Below are positions 45,076 to 55,880 of a DNA stretch of 64,000 bases, piece by piece. Below the pieces are notes generated by a model. That model was given only the letters and a program-made list of their open reading frames with translations, had not been told where the DNA came from and ran no database searches. Position numbers and translations under genes: made by a program. The first letter of the stretch is position 1. Every line of letters starts with the position of its first letter. Origin of the DNA: Paramoeba atlantica (Eukaryota > Protista > Discosea); NCBI GenBank assembly GCA_977017575.1, contig CDRNVI010000054.1, positions 620,001 through 684,000 of the forward strand, written 5' to 3'.

Positions 45076-46330
45076 GCCTCCCCCGTCCTGAATATTTGTC
45101 AATGTTCCTCGGCATTGAACGACCTCCAACACCTCGCCCACCATTGCAGCTCACGGAGCATGAAATAGAAGCCGCAATGAAAAGTTTCCATCGAGGCTCA
45201 TTGGGGGGTACGATGGGGGTACGCCCAGAGCAGATACTGGAAGCTTTTTACGCGAACGTCGACTCGTCCATCAACCCACTCGCTTCTCTCACTAAATTAG
45301 TCAATCACCTCCTGGCAGGGAAGGCCCCCCTCGAATCTCAAAATTACTTCGCCGGCGCCCGCCTCTGCGCCCTACAGAAAGGAGAGCATGACGTCCGCCC
45401 AATCGCCGTCGAGGAAACCCTCCGTCGCTTAGCCTGCAAAGGGGCTTGCGCAGCACTAAAATCACAAGCACAAGCCATCTTTCACGGGACGCAATATGGT
45501 GTTGCTGTCCCCGCTGGAGCGGAACGGATGATACATCGTTGTCGATAAACGGTCTCTGCTCACATAGACGATCCGGAATTTGTTTTTTGCAAAGTCGATC
45601 TAGCTAACGCGTTCAACAACGTAGCTCTTCACCCCGCCTCGGCACATAACGCTACTCTGTTCCAGGACATCCCCGGGAACAGGATAAACCTAGACGGCGA
45701 ATTCGATATCTTGGGAAGCCCTGTTGGATCATTGCACAAACCGATCATTGCACAAACTTTCTCTACACAAAAGCTTTACTCCCCGCACAAGCCACACTTC
45801 AGGCAATAAAGAAAGTCGAAGACCCCCAAGTGGCGGTGACACTGATTCGTCAATGCTCAGGTTTTTGCCAACTAGTTTTTTCTATGCGCACGACGCCCCC
45901 TCAGGTAATATCGAACCTTTGCAAAAACCTCGGTGATGCAGGACTACAAGCATTAGAGGGGGTCATCGGCTCGCTTAACTCCTCGGCACGCTCCCAGGCT
46001 CGGCGTAACAAAAGGCACGGCGGTTTCAGTCTGCGATCCTCGTTCACCCACGCTGTCGCGGCGTATGTGTCTTCCGTTGCCTTCGCAGCATCTTGCGATA
46101 GGTGGGACGCAGAAGATGTCAACGAGCTCATCGATACACCCCTCATAAACGAACGCACAGGGCGTTACTTGCAGGACGCTATTCCCACGGCTCCCGGTCG
46201 CACTCCCACTGCTCCGACTCTTCCGGTCGATCTGACACTCCCTTGCACGGGCCAGATGGTTATCTGAAACGGGTGAGGGGGCCAGCAATTGGGCTTTCGT
46301 CGTGCCCTCCAGGGAGAGGGGCTATGCTTT
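45076..46330 (+). mobile_element. CRE-clade RT relic, subfamily B (internal deletion of the RT core)
   Basis: GARLCALQKG..DVRPIAVEETLRRL, QYGV, KVDLANAFN, then a jump to ILGSPVG; QGDP and YLDD absent. Confidence 0.85.
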
Positions 46331-46339
46331 CACCCCTAC

Positions 46340-46760
46340 CTTCATAAACTCCCTCCTCATAGTTTTCATTCACCTTTTATTGATGCACGGAATAGCACAT
46401 CAACAGGTTACGCGAGTCTTTTCTGAGCGATGTCTTTTCCGATGTGACATGTATCGTAAATGTCACGACCATTCTGTTTTTTTGTGATCTTTTCGACCCC
46501 TTACTTAGGATATTTGTGATCGTTTGTTTGATATCTATGAAGTCCTTATGACTCATTGCGCGGGATCTTTGTAATCGGATGTGTATATTACCTGATTGGT
46601 TTGTTTGTTTGTTATCTTTGTGATCGGTTCACTTGAAATCTTAATGACCCATTATTTGTTATCTCGTCGGGTGTTTGGGATCTTTGTGACCCACCGTTTG
46701 TGGCCTTCGTGATCTTTGTGATCAGTGTTAACAAATTTTTGAAATCTGTAAAAAAAAGGA
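46340..46760. repeat. Inverted, diverged relative of the GATC-rich block
   Basis: GATCTTTGTAATCGGATGTG...TTACCTGATTGGTTT resembles the minus strand of 44660-44710; 7 GATC sites in about 300 bp. Confidence 0.6.
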
Positions 46761-47270
46761 AAGAAAAAAAGAGCTTATTAAACGTGCGGGTACAGCACGT
46801 ATTTGCACACCCTGGTTCCGTATCCCAGCCTTCTTGACGCACGTCGAAAGATGTTCGCAAGATGTTAACTCTCGTTTACAATGCAGTAGATCTGTTTTTC
46901 TACCGAGGCGAGGTGGAGCAACAACTACCCAACCAACACGGAGAAAAATACCTCAGCTAAGCTGCTTACCACATTCCCGTATTCATAAATGATGTGTGCA
47001 AGGGAACGGACAACGTAGGTTCGGTCACGTCACGTGGTCCCGTATTAGGGTCCTGCGACGCATACGATCTTGTTGCTTGTGAGGCCATTAAGATACAGTA
47101 AAAGGTAAGAAAAATAAAGCAGCAAGGTATAGAAACTATACAAAAAATATACGTCTCAGATGAGTGTGTAACACAAAATTATCCCGCTGCAGGGTTTCAT
47201 TTTCCTGCTATTGGCCACAAAAAAGGAGCTTGTTTCCCCTTGTTTTTCGTTTGTACACTAAAACCTGCAC

Positions 47271-47930
47271 ATGAACCTCTTGCCGAACTGGTGGGCCGCA
47301 TCGGAGTCTTCCCCCTCCCCCCAGCGTGCCGATTTCGGAGGCAAACTCTCCGGGGCGGGTCTGCCCGAGGAATACCTTATGGAGCGCGTGGTACGCAACC
47401 TCTCCCCGAGCCATCCCACATGGCGCCCCTCCGTCGCGCTCTGTTCCTGGGAGGGGATCAAGTGTGATGGGGCGCAAAAAGTGACCTGGATCCGGTGGGA
47501 TTGGCGACAGTTAAGAGGCACGCTCTCGTGGGCGTTGCCCCCCGGTTTGGTGTATTTCGGCGTGCAATCCAATGAAATACACGGAGAAGTTGAATTTTCA
47601 CAGCTTCCCCTACATTTGCAACATTTTTATTTGAGCGAAAATGGTTTTACCGGAAAGGTGGACCTCGCGGGTATGCCTCGAAGTTTAGATTGTATCGCAT
47701 TGGACTGCAATTTGTTGAGCGGGGAAGTGGAGTTTCACGCCCTGCCACCAAATTTGCGGATGCTCATGCTGCAGAAAAATCCGGATCTTACTGGCATATT
47801 AGAGGAAAATGTGATGCCAAGGAAAGCAGAGTACAATTTTGCGCGAACGCAGATAGTGTGTTGGAATGGAATGGTACAGCGACTGATACAGAAGGGACAG
47901 GGTGCGCAAATACTGTATCAGTACAAATAG
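47271..47930 (+). CDS. Leucine-rich repeat protein, divergent subfamily, 219 aa
   Basis: LPEEYLMER...CSWEGIKC cap; SENGFTGKVDLAGMP-type repeats. Confidence 0.85.
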   Translation: MNLLPNWWAASESSPSPQRADFGGKLSGAGLPEEYLMERVVRNLSPSHPTWRPSVALCSWEGIKCDGAQKVTWIRWDWRQLRGTLSWALPPGLVYFGVQSNEIHGEVEFSQLPLHLQHFYLSENGFTGKVDLAGMPRSLDCIALDCNLLSGEVEFHALPPNLRMLMLQKNPDLTGILEENVMPRKAEYNFARTQIVCWNGMVQRLIQKGQGAQILYQYK

Positions 47931-48015
47931 AATTCTTTTCTGCATTTTCTCTTTTGGAATGGGATTCTTTTCTGCATTCTCTGAATGCAGCTGTATGAAC
48001 TTGCGACTCGCCACT

Positions 48016-49004
48016 CGCACCTTTATCTGTCATAGAAGGTGGCCACTTATCTGTCATACTAACTCGCGCGTTTATCTGTCATAATTCGATTAAAAAAATG
48101 AGGTCGTAATATCTTTTCGAGACCAAAAAAAATCGACGCGTTTTCTTCACCGGAATGTATTTTTTTTCTTTTTCGAAAACATGGAATTTACATTCAGTCC
48201 TACTTCTGGGAGTCCAGAACTGCCCCCGGCAAGGCCCCGGAGTTGCCAGAGGCCTCCATACCTCACAACGACCACCTTCCCCCCTATTTAGCTTCTGGTG
48301 TTCGAATGGAGCATCATTTAACAGCACTTCCATAGGGCGTCCGTTGATCTCGGAAACAACACGATGCATGTCATCCTGTGGGAGACTCGTAAAAGAATAC
48401 TTCTTCGGATAGTAATCACGGACATACGAGCCCCCCACGACGCAAAACTTTTACGACCTTCCACCATCGTTCTCGCCTGGCTTTAAAAAATTGTATATTG
48501 CCTGTCGGGATACTTTTATTCCATGCTCCTTGAACAAAGTGAAGCTGACTTGCTGAGGACTGTACCGGCGAGTCAGAAGATCAGTTGCCATGCCGATGAG
48601 TTCGGTTTATTTTACGTGGATGGACGAATCTCTTTTTCATGGCATTCGTTGTCATGATTACATTGGGTTTTTATTCGGCCAAATACGCGTCGTAAACTCC
48701 TTTCTTGCAACGACGCTTTAATTGACAACTTATGCCAGATTGGGTAAGTTGCAGACTCTCGGGAATCTCAGTTCGAGATAAATTATCAGTGATATACATT
48801 TGTATTTGTGCACGGTTGGTGGAGTTCATGCGCTTCGCACGGTTCACATTCGAACCCATAGTCCTTGAAGAAGTGCAGAAAAGACGTAAACAATGAAAAA
48901 CAAAGTCTACGAACTGACAGGTAAGGGTGAATTCATGACACGAAGGTACGGCTCAAAGGTGCGTCTTCGTAAGGAAGGGTCAATTCATGACAGATAATGG
49001 TGCG
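48016..49004 (-). mobile_element. IS30-family-like transposase relic within 18-bp imperfect inverted repeats
   Basis: HTH (EIPESLQLTQSGISCQLKRR...YDAYLAE), YSPQQVS...VSRQAIYNFL, RDYYPKK...INGRP...APFE; DDE core deleted; IRs CGCACC(T/A)TTATCTGTCAT. Confidence 0.7.
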
Positions 49005-49525
49005 GGCGCCCTCCTCTTCTTTACTACTCCTTTATTGCAGCTGGAGAAGCTCTGCGCAGTCCGAAATCGTTGATGGTGATTCTGAAAATGTCAAAAAAGG
49101 AACAATAAATCTAAAGGAAATCTCAATACAAATCTAAATCTAAAAGAAGCACTTTTAAAAAAAAAACAATTTAAAACTATTTGCCCTGGGCTTATGAGAG
49201 CGGTTAGTCTTCAAGACAACGTTAACCCATTGTGAACCAACGGCGCAGAGTCAATGTACACAACTTTTACCGTCCCGCTTAGTTTTTTGATAAACAATTC
49301 TCATCCTTTTGCATAAATTTTCCCTTTGCATTAAGCATCAGGCCGCTATAAGATAAGTGTATCATAACAGCATGATTATTTATCCTCAATATTATGTAAC
49401 ATAATAGGGAGTTATTCGGACTATTTTCAGTACTCATTGACAACTGCTTTTGCTTCCACACCACTACTGGACGAATCTACACTAGACGTTACCTCAGTAC
49501 CCTTTTATTTCTCAATTCGGTCCGT

Positions 49526-50233
49526 ATGTCAGATTCCCTACACGAAGTAAAGAGCTCGGAAGAATTCGCGTGCCGTCTTGGTCGCGTCAACCCCCGCTTT
49601 CCCCCCGAATATCTTCTTGCACAATTTCTGGAACCCTTGTATCTCATCCCTATGGGATGGGAATTCAACACCACCTCGACAGCAGCATGTCAATGGTATG
49701 GAGTGCAATGCGACGCGGATCAGCGCGTCACCAACATTGATTGGTCTCATATCGGGATGAAAAACAAAGTGAAGGATGAGACTTTACGATGGGAACGATT
49801 GCCCGCAACCCTCTTATCCCTGAGTTTGTACAGAAACGATGAACTAAGCCGCTCTCTCCCATTAGAATGTCTTCCTCAACAAATGGTCGGTCTTCACCTG
49901 ACTACTAATCTATTTTCCGGGACATTGGACTTGAGTTGCGTACCACACACGATGCAACACATGGGACTTGCTCTAAACCGTTTCAAACAGGCCCTACACT
50001 TTGACGCTCTCCCCCAGGGTCTTAAGACGCTCTCCTTAAAGTACAATTTCTATTTACGCGGGACGTATGACCTCACAACGCTTCCGAGCGGTCTTGTGTT
50101 GGATCAGACCTTTTTCACAGACAGCACTCTTCTGGCTGATCAAGCGCACGGTGGACCAAGCGTGCTCTCATGCACGAGTCCTCTCATTCCAGAGTGTGTC
50201 TTCGTTCACATGGATGAGTGCCGAATTGTTTGA
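49526..50233 (+). CDS. Leucine-rich repeat protein, divergent subfamily, 235 aa
   Basis: FPPEYLLAQF...ACQWYGVQC cap; LHLTTNLFSGTLDLSCVP repeats. Confidence 0.85.
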   Translation: MSDSLHEVKSSEEFACRLGRVNPRFPPEYLLAQFLEPLYLIPMGWEFNTTSTAACQWYGVQCDADQRVTNIDWSHIGMKNKVKDETLRWERLPATLLSLSLYRNDELSRSLPLECLPQQMVGLHLTTNLFSGTLDLSCVPHTMQHMGLALNRFKQALHFDALPQGLKTLSLKYNFYLRGTYDLTTLPSGLVLDQTFFTDSTLLADQAHGGPSVLSCTSPLIPECVFVHMDECRIV

Positions 50234-50639
50234 CCGGTTGGCTTATGACCCCCAAACGGGCAACACTGGGTCACGTGGGATATGTTTTTGTTGAAAACTT
50301 ACAAACGTGTTTTGTACAAAATTGTCATAGATGAAGAATATCACCAAACACCATAACAAACTGCTATAACAATTACTAAGAATTGTTAATAATACTGATA
50401 AGAGTATCGGTAGGTGATGTACTATCAGTGTCAGGGAAGACCGCGTGGAGGTCCTGACCATACTTCCCCATGCTGAGTGTGTGTCAAGTACGGGATGAAA
50501 TTAGTACAGAAACGTAGGTAAGTATCGGTAGGTCGGTGTCTGTACCATCAGTGGGATAGCAGTGCCTGGGAAGACCACGTGGAGGTCCATAAAGATTCAT
50601 TTAAGGATCATTAAAGAAGTTTCGAACCATTCCTTGAAG

Positions 50640-51560
50640 GGGCTCATCGGATAGATGCTGTTTTTTGTTCTCAATGTAGAGCATGTGCCCAAATTCTCGT
50701 TCCATATGTGTTTCGGAGTAGATCCGATTGGTTGTTTTTCGGAAGACTCGAATGTGTTTATATTTTTGAGAACCAGTGCTTTTCCAATAATCTTCCACAA
50801 CTTGACGTTGCATAATCGTCCAACATGAGATCGAATTCCGCTTCAAGAATCTCTCGTGTTCCATTATTTGCAAAAGTCGTCGCACCCTACTCTTTATCCC
50901 GAAGTATACTAACATTGCTTCAACGACAATACGCTTCATCTGATTGATAGCTTTGTCCGTAGAAAATTCCGTGTACAAAAATCCGAGTATAGCTGCTAGT
51001 GATAACACATCCGAAGATACTGTGCAAGATTTGAGCTGCCTCCCGTGGCAGTATACCACTGTTCGAAAAGTGTAAAGAAACCATTCACGCATTGAAGATC
51101 AGTCGTGTCGGATGTTTCACACAAATTGCCGAGTACACGGAGTGGAATAAGTAAATGAAATATTTTCATCATATTCTCCTGGTCTCACATTGTTAACGAA
51201 GTTGCTATTTCCGAGGAGTTGCTTGCTTTGAGCGCAGCTCGAATCTGCTCATACCCTGACTGCCAGCGCTTCTCATTCTTTTTAGGAAGAGTATTTCCCG
51301 TGCTTCCTTTGTATCAGTCGCTAAGCGCAAGACATGTAATCCACTCAGGTATTAATGAGGTCCTTTGTGAACACGGACGCTGCGTCTCGCAAATTATATC
51401 ATTGCACAGTTGTACAACATGTGGCCAACACGGTAAAATAAATACATGATATTGAATATCATGCATTGTGCGAGAGCCAGGCAGGTGGATTTTTGTAGAA
51501 TAACACATCGAATTGCAGAGAAGAGGTGCACGGTGAATCGGACACTGCGTCTGCGAGAGC
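50640..51560 (-). pseudogene. hAT transposase C-terminal relic (family 2), third copy
   Basis: Near-identical to 22040-22930; VFILPCWPHVVQL. Confidence 0.65.
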
Positions 51561-51867
51561 GAGTAAAATTAACTACCGCTTATTATACTAAGTAGTATAA
51601 GCATTATAAGTATAAAGATAGTAATGGGATTATGATGAGATTGCACGTAGCTAGTATCGGAGCCTTTTTAAGGATCCCAGTTTAATGCGCAAACGATCAA
51701 GTGTCAATTGTCCAACTTCAAAATGCTTTTCAGAATCATCAATTTGATTCTGGCGATCTGCTCTTGCTCGCCTCCATTGCTTCAATAATTCCTAAGGAAA
51801 TTTCAATTCTTCATTTAGATAAAAGGGCATCTGCAAGGCTTCCTTAAGTCGCTTTTCCAATATGTTC

Positions 51868-51939
51868 CTCCAGGGTATGTACTTGTACATACCCTGGAGT
51901 TTACTCGTAGTGAATCACTGCGGTTCACTACGGGTAAAC
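51868..51939. repeat. Double hairpin, second copy
   Basis: Identical to 23225-23296 but followed by different sequence. Confidence 0.9.
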
Positions 51940-51952
51940 TCACTAACCCGGG

Positions 51953-52680
51953 GCGCAGTTTAATATCTAAATGCGCTTTAATATCCAAATGCGCTTTAAT
52001 ATCCAAATAAACACTTTAATATCCAAATAGGCACTTTAATATCCAAATAGACACTTTAATATCCAAATAGCACTTTAATATCCAAATAGGTTTTTTCACT
52101 TGTCCAAAACAAGGTTTTCAGTCAAATAAGTTCTGAGTCACATCATGGAAACTGTCGCACCCGAATGCTTGAAGGGCCATTCGGAAGCAGTTTCAACGCG
52201 GCGCAAAGTCGGGAAATAGAACCGGGCCTCTAGATTCCTTTTTTACGATGCAGTCGACATCAACGCGTCAAGAAAGCAACACGCAAGCCATTGAAGAACT
52301 GTAATTTCAAGTAGTGATCAAGTGGAAAGATGAAATTGACGTTTAAGATCCAAGAAGCAAGTGAAAAGTTGTTGAAAGGAAAAGTTGAAACATAAAGTTA
52401 AAAGACAACGTGAAAGACCCTCATTGTCTTGCTATCCCCTTACCAGGCGGCACTCGACGCCTTGCGCCCCGAGCACGTCTACCCGACCGTAGCTACCAGG
52501 ACGGGCTTTCAAACCCGTTCCATCGTGCAGGCTATGTCTCAAGCCTCCTTTGCGTAGGCAACTCGCAATTTAGCGTCTGCACTGGATCCTGGTTCAGCCT
52601 ATTTGGATATTAAGATGCTTGCACTTTAATATCCAAATAGAAACTTTTGCACTTTAATATCCATATAGCACTTTAATCAT
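51953..52680. repeat. MITE-like block with 18-20-bp TTTAATATCCAAAT repeats at both ends
   Basis: Seven copies at 51959-52087; an inverted copy at 52599-52613 pairs with 52626-52640; further copies to 52680. Confidence 0.75.
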
Positions 52681-52688
52681 AGCCAAAA

Positions 52689-52782
52689 GGGTAAGTCGGG
52701 TAATTACCCACCTAGCGGGTAAGTGCGGGTAATTACCCGGGTAAGTGTACCCACTTACCCGCACTCACCCACACTTACCCGC
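52689..52782. repeat. Palindromic GGGTAA/TTACCC motif array
   Basis: GGGTAATTACCC, GGGTAAGT and ACTTACCC motifs, with orientation switching mid-array. Confidence 0.8.
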
Positions 52783-53280
52783 TGGGATACACAGAGTACC
52801 ATGAGTGAGGTGGCAGTGTCTGTCAGGGATGACCGTGAGTAGGTACCGACCTTGCTTCCCCATGTTGAGGGTGTCAAAGGGTTTCGTAGAACTAGCTGCT
52901 CGGCGTCTGTACCATTAGTGAGATGGTAGTGCCAGGGAAGACCGCGAGGAGGTCCCGACCTTGCTTCCCAGGTTCAGGGTGTCAAAAAGTTTCGGGGGAA
53001 GCTGCCTTCATAGAAAGAGCGTAACGGACCCTCCGTAAGGGAAGATGCCTCAGGGGAGATTTGTCTTTCCGGGGAAGGTTGTGTCTTTGACTGCATAGGG
53101 AAAAGTAGAGTCGTGAAAGTGAGGTAACTGTAGTGTACTTTAATTTAGAAACATAATTTTCAGGCTAAATCCCAATTTAGAACGTGTAGAATTCTACATA
53201 TACTGCCAATTATGTTTATCGTTTGAGTAGTTTTCCTACTTTTCTCGCCAGTGTATATACGCAGCGATTACTTATAAAAA

Positions 53281-54178
53281 TCTTCGTTAAACGCGGTGGT
53301 TGTTTTCAACTTAGAAGTCACTCATGCTGCGCGCTTCGCGTTGAAAACTACCTCCGCGTTTAACGAAGAGCCTAAAAAAGAAAAATTGGTTACGAAAGCC
53401 GAAGAGGCCGGAAGGATTTGAGTCAAAAATTGGCGATTTTTAGGTAAAAATGGGGGCATTTTTGCGTAGTTTTGCTCGGAGAGCGCTAAATCCGACATTT
53501 ACGTGTGGGAAATCACTCGTAGGCAAGAATTCAAGGCTGCAGAACGTAATGGGTAGAGAATCCGACTCCAATCACACCATTCTTCCGTCACAGAAAGACC
53601 TCTCTGAGTCCGAAAATTACTTTTTCGCGTTTTCTGGCCAAAAATGGGTCATTTTGTGAGGCGTACCACGGCTTCAAAAAGGCGTACCTTGCGAAAACAA
53701 CGTCGTTGAAAGATAGTATAGGTCCCAAACTATTAAAATACAATAGGGGAAACAATTTTGAAAAAATAATTTTTTTACCATTTTTTTCGCCAAGTTGAAT
53801 TTTTTTTCAAAATTTTTTTTCCGAAAAAATACGAACTTGGCAGACCCGTCCTGCGCATACGAGGGGGGTCACCCCCGGGTAGGGGGGTGGAAAATGCGCG
53901 CCAAGACCCCGGCTACCCCTTCTGCGGTTTTTTTCGAAAAATAATTTTTTCAAAAAAAATTCCGTGCGGTATGCCCCCCCCCCTAGACCCCCCCCCCTAG
54001 ACCCCCCCCTAGACCCCCCATTTTTTTAATTTTTTTGTTCAGTTTTGGACCACCGGAGCCCCATTTTATATTTTTTTCCTTTATTATATTACTGTGTTCC
54101 TCTTTGTATTTTCACTGTTTTTGTTCACTTTTTTTTCAATAATCGAGGGTAGAGCGGTAGTTATACAACCACCGCAAT
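53281..54178. repeat. Non-coding repeat with a 30-bp subterminal inverted repeat and a terminal hairpin
   Basis: Arms 53281-53310 and 53340-53369 (28/30); homologous to 12064-12748. Confidence 0.7.
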
Positions 54179-54550
54179 CTTTATATTATAGGTGCACAAT
54201 GAGCTCTTGTGCTTCTATCAAACATACGTACGTATCAAATGTACGTACCTATCAAATATACGTACGTAATATAAAAAATATCGTAGATACATCGTATTTG
54301 TTTCGTACATAATATAAATCGAATGTCAGAATACAAAATGCAAATATTTTTTGCAATGGGAAAAAACAAAGCGAATGATAAGGAAAGACGGAAAAAAACC
54401 ACGTAAAATGAGAAAACAAAATTTTGAATATTTCACTTACATTATTCGGCCATAAAAGAATCTTTTCAAAACATTCCCAAAAATGATTCCTGAATGCAAT
54501 ACAGGACTACTTCTATAGAAGTTCTACTTAGAAGTTCTACTTCTGTAGAA

Positions 54551-55440
54551 CTACTCTTCCCCACTGAGGTCGCCATTCGATATTTCATCGTCATCGTCTG
54601 TCTCATCCTCACCCGCCACTTCATTCACATGCTCGGTTAAGTAGCCAAGTTTCTCGCTGTTGCCACGGATAAATATTTGATTAGCGATCACATGAGGTGT
54701 AATTGAAGGTTGTCGTGAATTGAACATGTACGACAATATCGATAACCATGGATCACATTTGGTGACCAGCGGCGGCGTCCATAAGTAATGTCTTGCAGCA
54801 GTAAAAACATTCGGGAAATAGTGACGACTCACACCACCACTCATATTCGTTGGCGTGCGAGCGGATCCCATCTGTAGTCCTCATATGCTACATACATGTA
54901 TTCCTTCCACTCCTCCTCGGTAATGCAAAAAATTGGAGGCTCGTTACTATTTTCTGGACGGTACAGAGATCCGGGAAAGAGATTGTTGGCGCGTTCCCAA
55001 GAAATTGGGGGAGTGTTTGATGGTCGAGCGCATTGCACTATCCAACTTGGTCTGAACCACATAACCTCCTTCCAAAATTTCATATTATGGTTCTTTTCCA
55101 GGCGATGCTTGTGATGGTTTAGTGCTTCTAGGAAACCCGGAGGTGCATCTCGAGATGAAGCGTACTCGAAGAGTAGCTCTAATGTCTGAGCAACGTGCTC
55201 TGCCATAGGCTGCCCTATCATATCAGAAAACTTTTTTAGGGCGACACGTTCTAACCCTCCTGTCTCCCGGTGGCGTTTAACCCATCGAGAGACAGTAGCT
55301 TCACTGCATTTCATAAAAGCAGCAGTGTCTGTAATCGAACGTCCCTGGTTTTGTACCTCATGCACGCAAATTATACGTGTTTCATAAGTGATTTGTTGCG
55401 TCGAGAGGGTGCGTCTCTGGCGGCGAAGTGTTTTCGGCAT
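54551..55440 (-). pseudogene. HTH-domain protein of unknown function, probably frameshifted (54841-55440 plus 54551-54871)
   Basis: Tc1/IS630-like N-terminal HTH; no DDE motif recognised; acidic tail. Confidence 0.5.
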
Positions 55441-55734
55441 AAATGATGGGTTAGAAAGAGTTAAATGGTATTTTATTCATAGTTTGATGCGCTAAAATGA
55501 TAAAAAATGATAAATGTCTGATCTTTTGCAGAATTTTCGGGGAAAAGGTTCAGTAAAATAAGCTTATGACGTCACATCAGCTTCAGGGGAGGCAACAATG
55601 GTGCCAGTAGTCTTAAAAATTCGAGATATGTTGAATGCCGAAGAAATTAGGTCAAAAGCTCGCACGGTACAATTTTTTTTGTCCTTTTTTCAAAAACAAA
55701 ATCAGCCCCCCCCTTTATACAACCAAAAGTCAGG

Positions 55735-55857
55735 TTTTTTTTAAATACTATAAATACATGTACTGTCACCCCCCCCTTTATACTTCCAAAAGTACTGAAA
55801 CCGGCGGAAGTATAAAGGGGGGGTGACAGTACATGTATTTATAGTATTTAAAAAAAA
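55735..55857. repeat. Foldback with ~52-bp arms and an 18-nt loop
   Basis: 55735-55787 versus 55806-55857, perfect except C8/G7; core TA-CTGTCACCCC...GGGGTGACAG-TA (55763-55829). Confidence 0.92.
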
Positions 55858-55880
55858 TTATAGTACTATGTAGTACTATA

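Noticed and set aside
44443-45154. Hydrophobic membrane-protein or mitochondrial ORFs
   Set aside because: F/L/C/V richness follows from the T-rich strand and tandem repeats; no respiratory-chain motif recognised and the frames are not conserved in the 61100 copy.
50502-50513. Third SL copy on the minus strand (GTTTCTGTACTA)
   Set aside because: Only 12 nt match, with no head sequence or TTG end; likely chance.
52689-52782. Telomeric repeat
   Set aside because: The motif is GGGTAA, not GGGTTA, is non-tandem and switches orientation.
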